In this document: in pieces, positions 22,637 to 32,599 of the stretch
How the letters are laid out: the number at the start of each line of letters is the position of its first letter
How positions within the stretch are numbered: position 1 is the stretch's first letter
NCBI RefSeq assembly: GCF_036170395.1
Contig: NZ_JAVHPD010000012.1
Location: forward strand, 13,337-77,336
DNA length: 64,000 nucleotides
Direction: 5' to 3'
Origin: Sphingobium sp.
Lineage (GTDB): Bacteria; Pseudomonadota; Alphaproteobacteria; Sphingomonadales; Sphingomonadaceae
Notes under the pieces: model-generated
What the model was told of the DNA's origin: nothing
The model's input: only the letters and a program-made list of their open reading frames with translations
Database searches by the model: none
Position numbers and translations under genes: made by a program

Positions 22637-24529
22637 TCAGAACCCGCCCACTAGCGGATGGCCGCCCGGCATCGCTTCGCTGCCGGTATAATCGAACGAC
22701 CCGCACGGCAACCCGGCATCCTCCAGATTGACGATGCGAACGCCTCCTTCCGCCCGCAGCGTCAGAAGCGTGGCGAGCAGCGAGTTCTGGTCGATCCACC
22801 AGGCGGAGTTGCGGTCCTTGAGCGCGCGGCCGAGATGGCGGCGCATGTCCCGCGCGATCTGCTCGGCGGCGTGGCGGCCAGCCGGCGTGGCGAGCAGCAG
22901 GACGGCGGCGGCATTGACCTGCCCCCAGGGAACCAGCCGGGGATAGCGGAAGAATTTGTCGCGCGGACGGCCATAACAGCCGAGCAGGCGGACCTTGTCA
23001 TAGACGCGCAGACCGAGATCTGCTTCGGCGAACAGCGGAGACTTGAGGAAATTGTTCGCATTTGCGCGGAACAGAACGTCAATGTCGGTCAGCACGACCC
23101 GATCGGCGACATAGGTGAGGAAATCGGGCGCGCGCAGGAAGCGCATGCTGGCATAATAGGTCGGGATCGGGAAGATCGGCACTTCGCTGCTGAAAGAGAC
23201 GTTGCGTTCCCCGCTCAGCAGCCTCTTGAACGCCTGGCGCGCCTGACGATGGGTGGGCGCGGCGATATGGAAGTGAAGCCTGATCCGCCCGCCCTTCTCA
23301 CGGGCGGATTTCAGATAGTTCGCAGCGTAGCGCTCGAAATATTTCAAGTCCGCACAGCATACAAAGGCGTGGTCGGTACGATTGACGTTGGTGAAGTCGG
23401 TGTCGGGGCGGAGAAGCGGGGCTTCATCCTCTTCGGAAAGGCCGGCGAAAAAGCTGGATGCGCCGGTCTTCGCAAGTTCTGCCGACTTCTCGACCGCACC
23501 GGCGAATTGCGCTTCCGCGTCGGCGATGCGGCCCTGAAGGAAGGCGACGAGGCCGCGCAGGAAGTCCGCTGCGCCACCACGCTCCTTCGCGATCATCGAC
23601 GCGATTTCTTCCAGCAGAGGATCGCGGAATGCGGCGTCGCGCCAGAAGCGCTGGGTCCAGGACGCGATGTCCAGCAGATGCTTGGCCCCCGCCCTGGTCG
23701 GCGTGTCCCGGCAAAACGCACGGAAGCCGTCAACGATACGATCCTTGACCGCCTCGCACCCGTCGAACGCGACCGTGAACGTCTCCTTCGACTGGGCGAG
23801 CGCCCGTGCGCCGGCATGGCCGTTCGCTTCAAGAAATTCGGTCACTTCTTCCGCCGTGGGCGGCGCGCCGGCCGACCGGCTGGCGGCGCGCACCCGCGCG
23901 TCGAAGACGAAGCGATAAATCGCCGACTGCAGTTCGGGCTTTTCGTGCAGGTCGAGCTTTTCAAGCATCCCGTTGATGCGGTTGACGACCGCGTCGGCGC
24001 GCTTCCGGGACAGGAGCCGTCCGACAATCAGGACGATGTCATGCGCCGCATTTTCATCCGTCTCGGTACGGAGAATCGCAAGCCGAAGCGCGGCGATCAG
24101 CTGGTTGGCAGCGACGAGCCGGTAGGTGCGAACCCGCTTGGCAAGATCGGGAGAGCCAAGCCGGGCGATCTTTTCCAAGTGCTGGTAAAGGCCCGGCACA
24201 TCGTCCTGCTTGCGGGCGATGCCCCGTCCGGGCGCAGTGACGATCATGCGCGCGAGATCACCGCTCAACGCAATGGCGCGGGCGCGCTCCGCACCGTTGC
24301 CCGTGCGGGCGGCGGCGAGAAGCGACGGCACCGCCGCCGTCACATCGCCCTCAGCTATAGCGAGCTGGGTGAGCGCCATAGCACGGCCTGCCTGATAGGT
24401 GCGGCCGCGGACGCGCATGACTTGCTTGCGAGCCGAATGAATTTCGGCCGTGCGCGGGTTGCGCTTGGTATGCTCGCCCGTGAGCCGGTCGACCCGTGCG
24501 AACAAATCCCCAACAATATTATCCAGCAA
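22637..24529 (-). CDS. Hypothetical 630-aa protein: helical/TPR-like N-terminus and GT-A-like nucleotide-sugar transferase C-terminus
   Basis: The C-terminal 250 aa contain VCCADxxYF, YYASMRF, VVLTDID (DxD), VNAA and WWIDQxxL. Confidence 0.7.
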   Translation of the reverse strand: MLDNIVGDLFARVDRLTGEHTKRNPRTAEIHSARKQVMRVRGRTYQAGRAMALTQLAIAEGDVTAAVPSLLAAARTGNGAERARAIALSGDLARMIVTAPGRGIARKQDDVPGLYQHLEKIARLGSPDLAKRVRTYRLVAANQLIAALRLAILRTETDENAAHDIVLIVGRLLSRKRADAVVNRINGMLEKLDLHEKPELQSAIYRFVFDARVRAASRSAGAPPTAEEVTEFLEANGHAGARALAQSKETFTVAFDGCEAVKDRIVDGFRAFCRDTPTRAGAKHLLDIASWTQRFWRDAAFRDPLLEEIASMIAKERGGAADFLRGLVAFLQGRIADAEAQFAGAVEKSAELAKTGASSFFAGLSEEDEAPLLRPDTDFTNVNRTDHAFVCCADLKYFERYAANYLKSAREKGGRIRLHFHIAAPTHRQARQAFKRLLSGERNVSFSSEVPIFPIPTYYASMRFLRAPDFLTYVADRVVLTDIDVLFRANANNFLKSPLFAEADLGLRVYDKVRLLGCYGRPRDKFFRYPRLVPWGQVNAAAVLLLATPAGRHAAEQIARDMRRHLGRALKDRNSAWWIDQNSLLATLLTLRAEGGVRIVNLEDAGLPCGSFDYTGSEAMPGGHPLVGGF

Positions 24530-24652
24530 GCGTAAGCCCCCGTATATCCGAGAATATCCGATGACCTCTCCAGCGATTTATGCAGGCTTTTTGTCGGCAC
24601 TTGGGCCGATCAAGAAGAACTATCGTTAGAATGTTTCATCTGCACTACAGAG

Positions 24653-24678
24653 TCAATTAACTTATCCAAGTTGATTGA
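24653..24678. promoter_or_regulatory. 11-4-11 inverted repeat in an AT-rich divergent promoter region
   Basis: tcaattaactt-atcc-aagttgattga (one mismatch). Confidence 0.35.
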
Positions 24679-24828
24679 TGTTATACGGAATGCGGTGGAG
24701 CATGGACTCCCTCGGCCCATCACGCCCCCTTTATCCGTATTGCGCCGCTACCACGCCCCGCTATGGTGATGGCAGATGCGGCGCGTCCGTGCCGCTGGTC
24801 CATACGCTCATTCGCAGAAGGCCGTTCC

Positions 24829-27705
24829 ATGATCCTGTCTCGCCTGTCGCGCCGCCTGACCCTGCTGGCCGGCCTGTCCGCTATCGCTCTGACGCCCGCT
24901 CCTGCGCTGGCGCAGGCCGCTGCAACCGCCACCGCCGCGCCTGCCCCGCTTTCCAGCCTCGTGTCGAAAGTGGACATTCCCTATGAGGAGTTCCGCCTTC
25001 CAAACGGGCTGCGCGTTATCGTCCATACCGACCGCAAGGCGCCGATCGTCGCCGTGTCGGTCTGGTATCATGTCGGGTCGCGGCACGAGCCGGCGGGCAA
25101 GACCGGGTTCGCGCATCTGTTCGAGCATCTGATGTTCTACGGCTCGGAAAATGCCGATGGCCCCTTCTTCGGCCGGCTGGAGGATATCGGCGCGACCGAC
25201 TGGAACGGGACGACCTGGTTCGACCGCACCAATTATTTCGAGACGGTGCCGACCGGCGCGCTCGACCGGGCGCTGTTCCTCGAGTCCGACCGGATGGGGC
25301 ATCTGCTGGGCGCAGTGACTCAGGTGAAGCTCGATACCCAGCGCGGGGTCGTGCAGAACGAAAAGCGGATGGGCGAGAATGAGCCCTATGGGCTGGTCGA
25401 ATATGCCCAGCTCGCCGCGCTACTGCCGGAGGGCCACCCCTATCGCCACTCGACCATCGGGTCGATGGCGGACCTCAACGCCGCCAGCCTCGCCGACGTG
25501 CAGAGCTGGTTCAAGACGCATTATGGCCCCAACAATGCCGTGCTGGTGCTGGCCGGCGATATCGACGTGGCGACGGCGAAGGCGAAGGTCGAGAAGTGGT
25601 TCGGCAATATCCCCGCCGGCCCCGCGCCGCAGGATGTCGATGCGACCGTGCCGACGCTGGCGAAGGACGCCGAGGTGACGATGCACGACAATGTCGCCGC
25701 TACCCGCCTCTACCGCAACTGGATCGTGCCGGGGCTGAATTCGCCCGAACTGCCACAGCTCGACCTGGCGCTGTCGATCTTCGGCGGTCTCGCCTCCTCG
25801 CGTCTCGACACCATATTGGTGCGCGACGAGAAGGTGGCGGTGGCAGTCAAGGCGGCGATGCTGCCGTTCGAAAAGCTCAGCATGGTCGAGATCACGGTGG
25901 ACGTGAAGCCAGGCGTGGACCCGGTCGCGGTGGGCAAGCGGCTGGACCAGCTGCTCGCCGACTATCTCGCCAAGGGGCCGACCGCCGACGAGGTGCTGCG
26001 CGCCGCGACGCAACAGGCGTCGGGCACGATTTCGGGGCTGGAGAAGGTGGGCGGCTTTTCGGGCAAGGCAGTGACGTTGGCCGAAGGCGCGGTCTATTCC
26101 AACGATCCCGAGAAATATAAGAAAGACCTGGCCATCTACGCCGCCGCGACGCCCGCGACGGTGAGCGCGGCGGCGCGAAAATGGCTGGGTCGGCCGGTGC
26201 TGCGGCTGACCGTGTCGCCGGGCGAGCGGAGCGCGGCGGACAATGCGCTGGCGGGCAATGCGAAGGGAGCGACGCACCATCCCGCCTATTTCCAGCAGCC
26301 GGGTTCCCCTGCTCCGGCGGCGGGCAGCCCCCCTGCCCCGACCAAGATCGCCGAGCCGCCGATCGAGCCGGTCAAGGATCTGGACTTCCCAGATGTCGAG
26401 CGGGCGACGCTGAAGAGCGGGATCAAGGTCGTGTTCGCGCGGCGCACCGCGGTGCCGACGGTGCGGGTCTCGGTCGGCTTCGACGCGGGCAATGCGGCCG
26501 ATGACAAGGCGAAGCTGGGGACGGCGGGGCTGACCACCGCGCTGCTCGATGAAGGCACGACGAGCCGGACGGGCAAGCAGATCGCTGAGGAACAGGAACG
26601 GCTGGGCGCGACGATCAGCGCCGCCAACAGCATGGACCGCACGACGGTCGGCCTGTTCGCGCTCAAGCCCAATCTGGATGCGTCGCTGGGGCTGCTGGCC
26701 GACGTGATCCGCAACCCGGCGTTCAAGCCCGAGGAGGTCGAGCGGCTGCGCGGGCAGATACTGACCCGGATCAAGGCGGAAAAGACCGAGCCGATGGCGA
26801 TCGCGCAGCGGATGCTGCCGCCCTTGCTCTTCGGGCAGGCGCATCCCTACGGCATTCCCTTCACCGGCTCCGGCACCGAGACCGGGGTCAAGGCGGTGAC
26901 GCGGGCTGACCTTACCGGCTTCCACGACAAGTGGCTGCGGCCCGACAATGCCACCATCTTCGCGGCGGGCGACACGACGCTGGCCGAACTGATGCCGCTG
27001 CTCGAAAAGCGCTTCGGCGACTGGAAGGCGCCGGCGGCGGCCAAGGGCGTCAAGACCTTCCGCAAGGACCGGATGGCGCGGCCGGCGCGGATCGTCCTCA
27101 TCGACAAGCCGCAAAGCCCGCAGTCGATGATCCTCGCCGGGCTGCTGACCGACAAGAAGGGCACCGACAATCCGGTGACGCTCCAGACCGCCAACGAGGT
27201 GCTGGGCGGCTCCACCTCCTCGCGGCTCATCATGGACCTGCGCGAGACCAAGGGCTGGGCCTATTATGCCGGGACCGCGCTGCCCGGCGTCAAGGACACG
27301 ATCCCGCTGCTGGTCTACGCCCCGGTGCAGACCGACAAGACGGGCGAATCGATCCTGGCGGCGCGCAAGGACATCAGCGACTATCTGACCACGAAGGGCA
27401 CGACCGAGGCCGAGCGCAACCAGACAATCAACAGCCAGATCCTCTCGCTGCCCGGCAGTTTCGAGACGTCGTCGGAGCTGCTGTCGGCGATGATGCGCAA
27501 CGACCTGATCGGGCGGCCCGACGATTATTATGAGACGCTGCCCAAGACCTATCGCGCCATGACCGCCGCCGATCTGGACAAGGCGGCGCGCGAGGCGATC
27601 AATCCCGACCGGCTGATCTGGGTGGTGGTGGGCGACGCCAAGCTGGTGCGGCCGCAGCTTGACGCGGTGGGGCTGCCGGTGGAAACGGGCACGCTCGCCG
27701 ATTGA
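24829..27705 (+). CDS. M16B zinc protease (PqqL/pitrilysin-like), secreted
   Basis: Signal peptide, inverted zinc motif HLFEH, NGTTWFDRTNY and duplicated M16 domains. Confidence 0.93.
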   Translation: MILSRLSRRLTLLAGLSAIALTPAPALAQAAATATAAPAPLSSLVSKVDIPYEEFRLPNGLRVIVHTDRKAPIVAVSVWYHVGSRHEPAGKTGFAHLFEHLMFYGSENADGPFFGRLEDIGATDWNGTTWFDRTNYFETVPTGALDRALFLESDRMGHLLGAVTQVKLDTQRGVVQNEKRMGENEPYGLVEYAQLAALLPEGHPYRHSTIGSMADLNAASLADVQSWFKTHYGPNNAVLVLAGDIDVATAKAKVEKWFGNIPAGPAPQDVDATVPTLAKDAEVTMHDNVAATRLYRNWIVPGLNSPELPQLDLALSIFGGLASSRLDTILVRDEKVAVAVKAAMLPFEKLSMVEITVDVKPGVDPVAVGKRLDQLLADYLAKGPTADEVLRAATQQASGTISGLEKVGGFSGKAVTLAEGAVYSNDPEKYKKDLAIYAAATPATVSAAARKWLGRPVLRLTVSPGERSAADNALAGNAKGATHHPAYFQQPGSPAPAAGSPPAPTKIAEPPIEPVKDLDFPDVERATLKSGIKVVFARRTAVPTVRVSVGFDAGNAADDKAKLGTAGLTTALLDEGTTSRTGKQIAEEQERLGATISAANSMDRTTVGLFALKPNLDASLGLLADVIRNPAFKPEEVERLRGQILTRIKAEKTEPMAIAQRMLPPLLFGQAHPYGIPFTGSGTETGVKAVTRADLTGFHDKWLRPDNATIFAAGDTTLAELMPLLEKRFGDWKAPAAAKGVKTFRKDRMARPARIVLIDKPQSPQSMILAGLLTDKKGTDNPVTLQTANEVLGGSTSSRLIMDLRETKGWAYYAGTALPGVKDTIPLLVYAPVQTDKTGESILAARKDISDYLTTKGTTEAERNQTINSQILSLPGSFETSSELLSAMMRNDLIGRPDDYYETLPKTYRAMTAADLDKAAREAINPDRLIWVVVGDAKLVRPQLDAVGLPVETGTLAD

Positions 27706-27728
27706 CGGAAGCGTAAAGGAGATTCGAG

Positions 27729-28031
27729 ATGGCTACAGTGGATGGCGCTTATGATTGCGTGGCCAAGACGCCGATGGGGGACCAGAAGGGCGTGTTCACC
27801 GTCATCAGCAGCGGGGATCGCTTCAACGGCACCTTCGCCGGAATGATGGGGTCGCTCGACGTGGTCGACGGGCAGGTCGCGGGCGACAAGCTGACATGGA
27901 AGATGGAAATGACCATGCCGATGCCGATGACGCTGGAGTGCGAGGCGGAGGTTTCGGGCGACAGCATCAGCGGAACGATGCAGCTGGGCGCGTTCGGCGC
28001 GTCGGCCTTTTCGGGAACGCGGCGGGCCTGA
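27729..28031 (+). CDS. Hypothetical small beta-rich protein (100 aa)
   Basis: AGGAG RBS, strong host codon bias, followed by a terminator. Confidence 0.75.
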   Translation: MATVDGAYDCVAKTPMGDQKGVFTVISSGDRFNGTFAGMMGSLDVVDGQVAGDKLTWKMEMTMPMPMTLECEAEVSGDSISGTMQLGAFGASAFSGTRRA

Positions 28032-28056
28032 CCGGCCGACAGGCTTTCAAGCCCAC

Positions 28057-28095
28057 GAAAAAGGGCGCTTCGGTCAGGCCGGAGCGCCCTTTTTC
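28057..28095. terminator. Bidirectional intrinsic terminator
   Basis: gaaaaagggcgcttcgg-N5-ccggagcgccctttttc, between convergent genes. Confidence 0.75.
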
Positions 28096-28139
28096 AGCCC
28101 AAGTGGAACAGCGAGTGGGACAGCTGTTTGCGCATTTAC

Positions 28140-28652
28140 TCAGCTGCCGTTCGGACCGCCGCCATTGGGGCCGGCATTGCCGCCGCCCATGCCACCCGCG
28201 CCGACCGCGCCGATATTGCCGAAAATTTCGTCGAACAGGCTGCGATTGCGGCCAAGCGTGGGCGTCTTGTCGCCAGCGGGCGAGATGCGCGCGACCTGTT
28301 CCAGCCCCATGCGATCGACCGCGACGACATTGCCGGCGGGATCGAAGCGGACGCGCAGCACGGTCTGCTCGACCGGCTTGGGATTGGCGAAGGCGAGCTG
28401 GCGCATGTTGCGCGAGACATAATACCAGTCCTGCTGACCGAATTGCGACACGAAGGTCGGACGGCCCAGCGTGCCTTCCACCGAGGCGCGATTGTCGATG
28501 CCGGGCTGGACCGAATCCACCAGCAGCTTGTCGACCTGATAGCCCTGATGCGTGCGGATGCGGGTGCAGGCGGACGTGCCGACCAGCAGCGCGGCCAGGC
28601 CGATCGCGATTATCACGCGCCCGCGGCGGTCATGGCGGCTGAACTGGGGCAT
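28140..28652 (-). CDS. bamE: Outer membrane protein assembly factor BamE (SmpA/OmlA)
   Basis: Lipobox TSAC, then HQGY, LGRPTF and WYYVS. Confidence 0.88.
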   Translation of the reverse strand: MPQFSRHDRRGRVIIAIGLAALLVGTSACTRIRTHQGYQVDKLLVDSVQPGIDNRASVEGTLGRPTFVSQFGQQDWYYVSRNMRQLAFANPKPVEQTVLRVRFDPAGNVVAVDRMGLEQVARISPAGDKTPTLGRNRSLFDEIFGNIGAVGAGGMGGGNAGPNGGGPNGS

Positions 28653-28797
28653 GAATATCTCCTGCGGGGGCGCGCCCGCGCCATGCGTAAAACTCAAGGT
28701 GCCGCTGTTGCATTGGGCGGCGCAGCGATCAATATGGAAATGCGCGGTCCCCGGCAAGGGGCGCGAACATCCCCCTTTTGCACAGAAGCGCCGTACC

Positions 28798-29319
28798 ATG
28801 CCTGCCTCTTCCTTCCTGCATCGCCTTTTGGGCCGCAGCGATCCGCGCGAGGGTCTGCTGCCGCTCTACCATGCCGTGGTCGCCGAGGGGCGGCAGCCGC
28901 ACTGGTATCTGGACGGGGCCGTGCCCGATGCGCTCGACGGGCGGTTCGACATGATCGTCGCGGTGCTGGCGCAGGTGCTGATGCGGCTGGAGCAGCTCGG
29001 CGCGGCGCAGGACAGCGTCTGGCTGACCGAGTTGTTCGTTGACGATATGGACGGGCAGTTGCGGCAGGAAGGGATTGGCGACGTGGTCGTGGGCAAGCAT
29101 GTCGGGCGGATGATGAGCGCGCTCGGCGGGCGGATCAGCGCCTATCGCGCCGCGCTCGGCGGCGAGGCGGCGCTCGACGAGGTGCTGCGGCGCAACCTCT
29201 ATCGCGGCGCGGATGTGCCGGCGGAGGCGGTGGCGCATGTCGAAGGGGCGCTGCGGGCGCGCTGGGTGCGGATCGGCTGCGTGACGCGCGAGGCATTGCT
29301 GGCGGGAGACCTTGGATGA
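28798..29319 (+). CDS. Ubiquinol-cytochrome c chaperone (Cbp3/UQCC1 family)
   Basis: VPDALDGRFDM, DMDGQLRQEGIGDVVVGKHV and GRISAY. Divergent from bamE, a conserved alphaproteobacterial synteny. Confidence 0.85.
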   Translation: MPASSFLHRLLGRSDPREGLLPLYHAVVAEGRQPHWYLDGAVPDALDGRFDMIVAVLAQVLMRLEQLGAAQDSVWLTELFVDDMDGQLRQEGIGDVVVGKHVGRMMSALGGRISAYRAALGGEAALDEVLRRNLYRGADVPAEAVAHVEGALRARWVRIGCVTREALLAGDLG

Positions 29320-29837
29320 GCGGGACGCCGGAATTTTCGCGGGTCGTGCGGGCCGAGCAGGTCAAGCGGTTGACCGGCGAGACGCATATCGCGGCCGACG
29401 AGGCCGAGCGGGTGGCGCTGGCGAAGCGGTTCGGCCTCTCGGCGCTCGACCGGCTGGAGGCGGACTATAGCCTGACCGAGGAAGCCGGCGCGATTCTGGC
29501 GCGCGGGCGGGTGCGCGCGGCGCTGGCCCAGCCCTGCATCGCCACCGGAGAGCCGGTGCCCGAGACGATCGACACCGACTTCGCGCTGCGCTTCGTGGTG
29601 GAGGACGGTGTGGTGGAGGGCGAGGAGCTGGAACTGGACGCGGAGGATGTCGACACGATCGGCTATGACGGGCAGGCGATCGATATGGGCGAGGCGGTGG
29701 CCGAGACGATGGCGCTGGCGATGACCCCCTACCCCCGGTCGCCCGACGCCGACGCGGTGCTGAAGGAAGCCGGGGTGATGACCGAGGAACAGGCGAGCCC
29801 CTTCGCTGCGCTGCTGGGGCTCAAGGGGAAGGGGTGA
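29316..29837 (+). CDS. DUF177/YceD family protein
   Basis: QPCIATGEPV, IDMGEAVAETMALAMTPYPR and ASPFAALLGLK. Confidence 0.85.
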   Translation: MSGTPEFSRVVRAEQVKRLTGETHIAADEAERVALAKRFGLSALDRLEADYSLTEEAGAILARGRVRAALAQPCIATGEPVPETIDTDFALRFVVEDGVVEGEELELDAEDVDTIGYDGQAIDMGEAVAETMALAMTPYPRSPDADAVLKEAGVMTEEQASPFAALLGLKGKG

Positions 29838-29950
29838 GCGGGGGCGCCAAGGCTCTGGGGTGCCACGCCGGTTGCCTTCGTTCGCTGTCATGTCGTGGAT
29901 GACGGTCCAGCCGGAGGGCTACGGAACGGCGGGGCTATCCCGTCGCCGCC

Positions 29951-30562
29951 TCAGCCCTCCGCCAGCGATTTGCGCCAGAAGCGCATCCTATGGTCGCTCT
30001 CCTGCGGCGCGCCGCGTTCCTTCCAGCGTAGCGTCATCATGAGGCGGGGGTCGGCGCGATAGCCGCGCCGCTCCCAGAAGGGCGCTAGATCGCGTACATC
30101 GTGCGGCCGGGCCGGATGATCGGGATCGCGCTCGACCGCCGCGAAGGTCGCGCCGGTCGCCCCGGCGGCGCGCGCCGCCGCCTCGCGCAGGTCGAAGAAG
30201 CGGTGCCCGATGCCCAGCCCGCGAAACTGGGGAAGGAGCACCGATTCGCCGAAATAGAAGAAGGTTGCAGGGTCAAGGCCCGCTGCCAGGAAGGGCGCGG
30301 TCACGGCGTCCGACTGGCCCGCCATGGGCGAGGCGGTCGCCATGCCGACCGGAATGTCGCCCAGCCGCGCGACGATCAGCACCGCCGCCTGGTCGCGCAG
30401 AAATTCGTCGAGATAGGCGGCCTCATAATCAAGGCTGCCGTCGTACAGATAGGGCCAGCTGCGAAACACCGTCATCCGCAGCGTGGCGAGCGCGCGCAGA
30501 GTGGCGGCGTCACGGCCGATGCGCTCGACCGTGATGGCGGCGTCGGCGGCCGCCTGTGTCAT
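29951..30562 (-). CDS. GNAT family N-acetyltransferase
   Basis: YFGESVLLPQFRGLGIG (AcCoA-binding motif A) and FWERRGY. Confidence 0.85.
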   Translation of the reverse strand: MTQAAADAAITVERIGRDAATLRALATLRMTVFRSWPYLYDGSLDYEAAYLDEFLRDQAAVLIVARLGDIPVGMATASPMAGQSDAVTAPFLAAGLDPATFFYFGESVLLPQFRGLGIGHRFFDLREAAARAAGATGATFAAVERDPDHPARPHDVRDLAPFWERRGYRADPRLMMTLRWKERGAPQESDHRMRFWRKSLAEG

Positions 30563-30960
30563 CCCCGCTTCACCTGATCCAGCCAGTCCGCGAGATTATA
30601 ATGGTTGCTGACGCGGGCGATCCGCCCATCGGCGATGGCGAAGAAGGCGCCGACCCGGAGGCGATAGCGTTGGCCGGTTGCGGGCGGCAGGCCGGGGTCG
30701 GTGGCGAGATATTCGCCCTCCAGCATGAACTCCGCCGCCGCCCGCGCGCCATCGGCGGACGTCAGGAATATAGGGTCGATCACCTGCTCGCGATAGCAGC
30801 GGTTCATATGATCGAGGAAGTCGGCGAACGCCTGCTTGCCCTCGCGCACCGCCCCCTGCGAGGGTTCATGGACGACATCGTCGGTCAGCAGCTCCAGCAT
30901 GGCGGCGCTGTCGCCCCGGTTGAACGCCGCATAATAGCGGCGGAGCAGGTCGGCCGGCAT
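30559..30960 (-). CDS. SnoaL/ketosteroid isomerase-like (NTF2 fold) protein
   Basis: RYYAAFNRGD..AMLELLTDDVVH and IARVSNHYN. Confidence 0.85.
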   Translation of the reverse strand: MPADLLRRYYAAFNRGDSAAMLELLTDDVVHEPSQGAVREGKQAFADFLDHMNRCYREQVIDPIFLTSADGARAAAEFMLEGEYLATDPGLPPATGQRYRLRVGAFFAIADGRIARVSNHYNLADWLDQVKRG

Positions 30961-30963
30961 GGA

Positions 30964-31281
30964 TCAATCCTCCGGCGCGATGGTGACGCGCAGACCGTCC
31001 AAGCTGTCGGCAAAGGCGATCTGGCAAGACAGGCGACTTGTTTCGGCGCGATGATCGCTGCTTTCGAGCAGGTCGTCCTCGTCCTCGCTCATCGGCCCCA
31101 GGCGATCGGCGAAGGCTGGATCGACAAAGACATGGCAGGTCGCGCAGGAACAGCAGCCGCCGCACAGCGCCAACAGTTCGTCGAAGCCATTGTCGCGGAT
31201 GATTTCCATGACCGACAGGCCGGCCTGCGCCTCGACCGGATGCTCCGCCCCCGCGCGGTCGATGATGATGATCTGCGACAT
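30964..31281 (-). CDS. fdx: [2Fe-2S] ferredoxin, adrenodoxin/putidaredoxin type
   Basis: [11 protein letters not shown] and SRLSCQ. Confidence 0.92.
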   Translation of the reverse strand: MSQIIIIDRAGAEHPVEAQAGLSVMEIIRDNGFDELLALCGGCCSCATCHVFVDPAFADRLGPMSEDEDDLLESSDHRAETSRLSCQIAFADSLDGLRVTIAPED

Positions 31282-31313
31282 TCTCGCCCTTCTCTCCTTT
31301 TGCGATCCGCCCG

Positions 31314-32165
31314 TCAGGCCAGCCGCGCCGCGTGCCAGCGCAGATGGTCGGCCATGAAGGTCGAGATGAAATAATAGCTATGGTCATAACCGGGCTGGAG
31401 CCGCAGGCTGAGGTCGATACCGGCTGTCTCGCAGGCTTGGCGCAGCAGGTCGGGCCGCAGCTGCTCGGCGAGGAAGGGGTCGGCTTCTCCCTGGTCCACC
31501 AGCAACGCCGGCAGGCGCGCCCCATCCTCGATCAGCGCGACCGCGTCATGCCGCCGCCAAAGCGCCCGGTCCTCGCCCAGATAGCCGGCCAGCGCCTTGT
31601 GCCCCCAGGGCACCTGCCCGGGCGCGACGATCGGCGCGAAGGCGGACACGGACTTGAAACGGTCGGGGTGAGTCAGCCCGATGGTGAGCGCGCCATGGCC
31701 GCCCATGGAATGGCCGGTAATGCCCTGCCGCGCCATATCGACGGGGAAATGCTCGGCCACCAGCGCCGGCAGCTCTTCCGTGACATAGGTCCACATACGG
31801 TAATGGGCGGCATAGGGCGGCTGCGTCGCATCGACATAGAAGCCCGCGCCCAAGCCGAAATCATAGGCGCCGGCGGGATCGTCCGGCACGGGGTTCCCAT
31901 GCAGATCCGGACCGCGCGGGGATGTGTCGGGCGCGACGAAGATCAGGCCGAGGTCCGCGCAAGCGGCGCGAAACTCGCCCTTTTCCGTTACATTGGCATG
32001 GGTGCAGGTCAGCCCCGACAGATACCAGACGACCGGCATCTTGGCCCCCGGCTCATGCGGCGGCACGAAGACCGAAAAGGTCATGTCCGTGCCCGTAGCG
32101 GCGGACGCGTGCTTGAAAACGCCCTGCTCGCCGCCGAAGGACCGATTAGTGCTGACCTGCTCCAT
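31314..32165 (-). CDS. fghA: S-formylglutathione hydrolase
   Basis: [21 protein letters not shown], and GYDHSY..F...F..DHL.WH. Confidence 0.95.
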   Translation of the reverse strand: MEQVSTNRSFGGEQGVFKHASAATGTDMTFSVFVPPHEPGAKMPVVWYLSGLTCTHANVTEKGEFRAACADLGLIFVAPDTSPRGPDLHGNPVPDDPAGAYDFGLGAGFYVDATQPPYAAHYRMWTYVTEELPALVAEHFPVDMARQGITGHSMGGHGALTIGLTHPDRFKSVSAFAPIVAPGQVPWGHKALAGYLGEDRALWRRHDAVALIEDGARLPALLVDQGEADPFLAEQLRPDLLRQACETAGIDLSLRLQPGYDHSYYFISTFMADHLRWHAARLA

Positions 32166-32168
32166 CGA

Positions 32169-32570
32169 TTAGTTGGCTTCCGTGAAGGTGTAGGCGCAGA
32201 TCTTGTTGCCCGCCGGGTCACGCAGATAGGCAGCGTAGGCGCCGGGGAGGTGACCGCGCGGGCCGGCCGCCCCCTCGCATGTGCCGCCCGCGGCAATCCC
32301 GGCCGCGTGGAAGGCGTCAACCTGTTCCGTGCTGGCGGCGGCGAAACCGATCGTCACCCCGTTGCCGGACGGCGCCTCGCCATTGCCCGGCCGCAGCACG
32401 AGAAAGGCCGGCTTGTCCTTGCCGTACAGAATGATGTTGTCGCCGAAGGGGCCGAGATTTTTGACCCCCAGGGGCGTCAGCACAGCATCATAGAAGGCCG
32501 CAGACCCAGCAAGGTCGCTTGCCCCCACGCAGGTGTGCGAAAACACCCCGTCACCCGAAATGACTGCCAT
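32169..32570 (-). CDS. VOC/glyoxalase family protein
   Basis: FSHTCVG..DL..S..FYD..L, GG..EG.PG and AYLRDPAGNK. Start refined to ATG 32570. Confidence 0.85.
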   Translation of the reverse strand: MAVISGDGVFSHTCVGASDLAGSAAFYDAVLTPLGVKNLGPFGDNIILYGKDKPAFLVLRPGNGEAPSGNGVTIGFAAASTEQVDAFHAAGIAAGGTCEGAAGPRGHLPGAYAAYLRDPAGNKICAYTFTEAN

Positions 32571-32599
32571 ATCGCTTCTCCCTTGGTTGATGTGGACTT

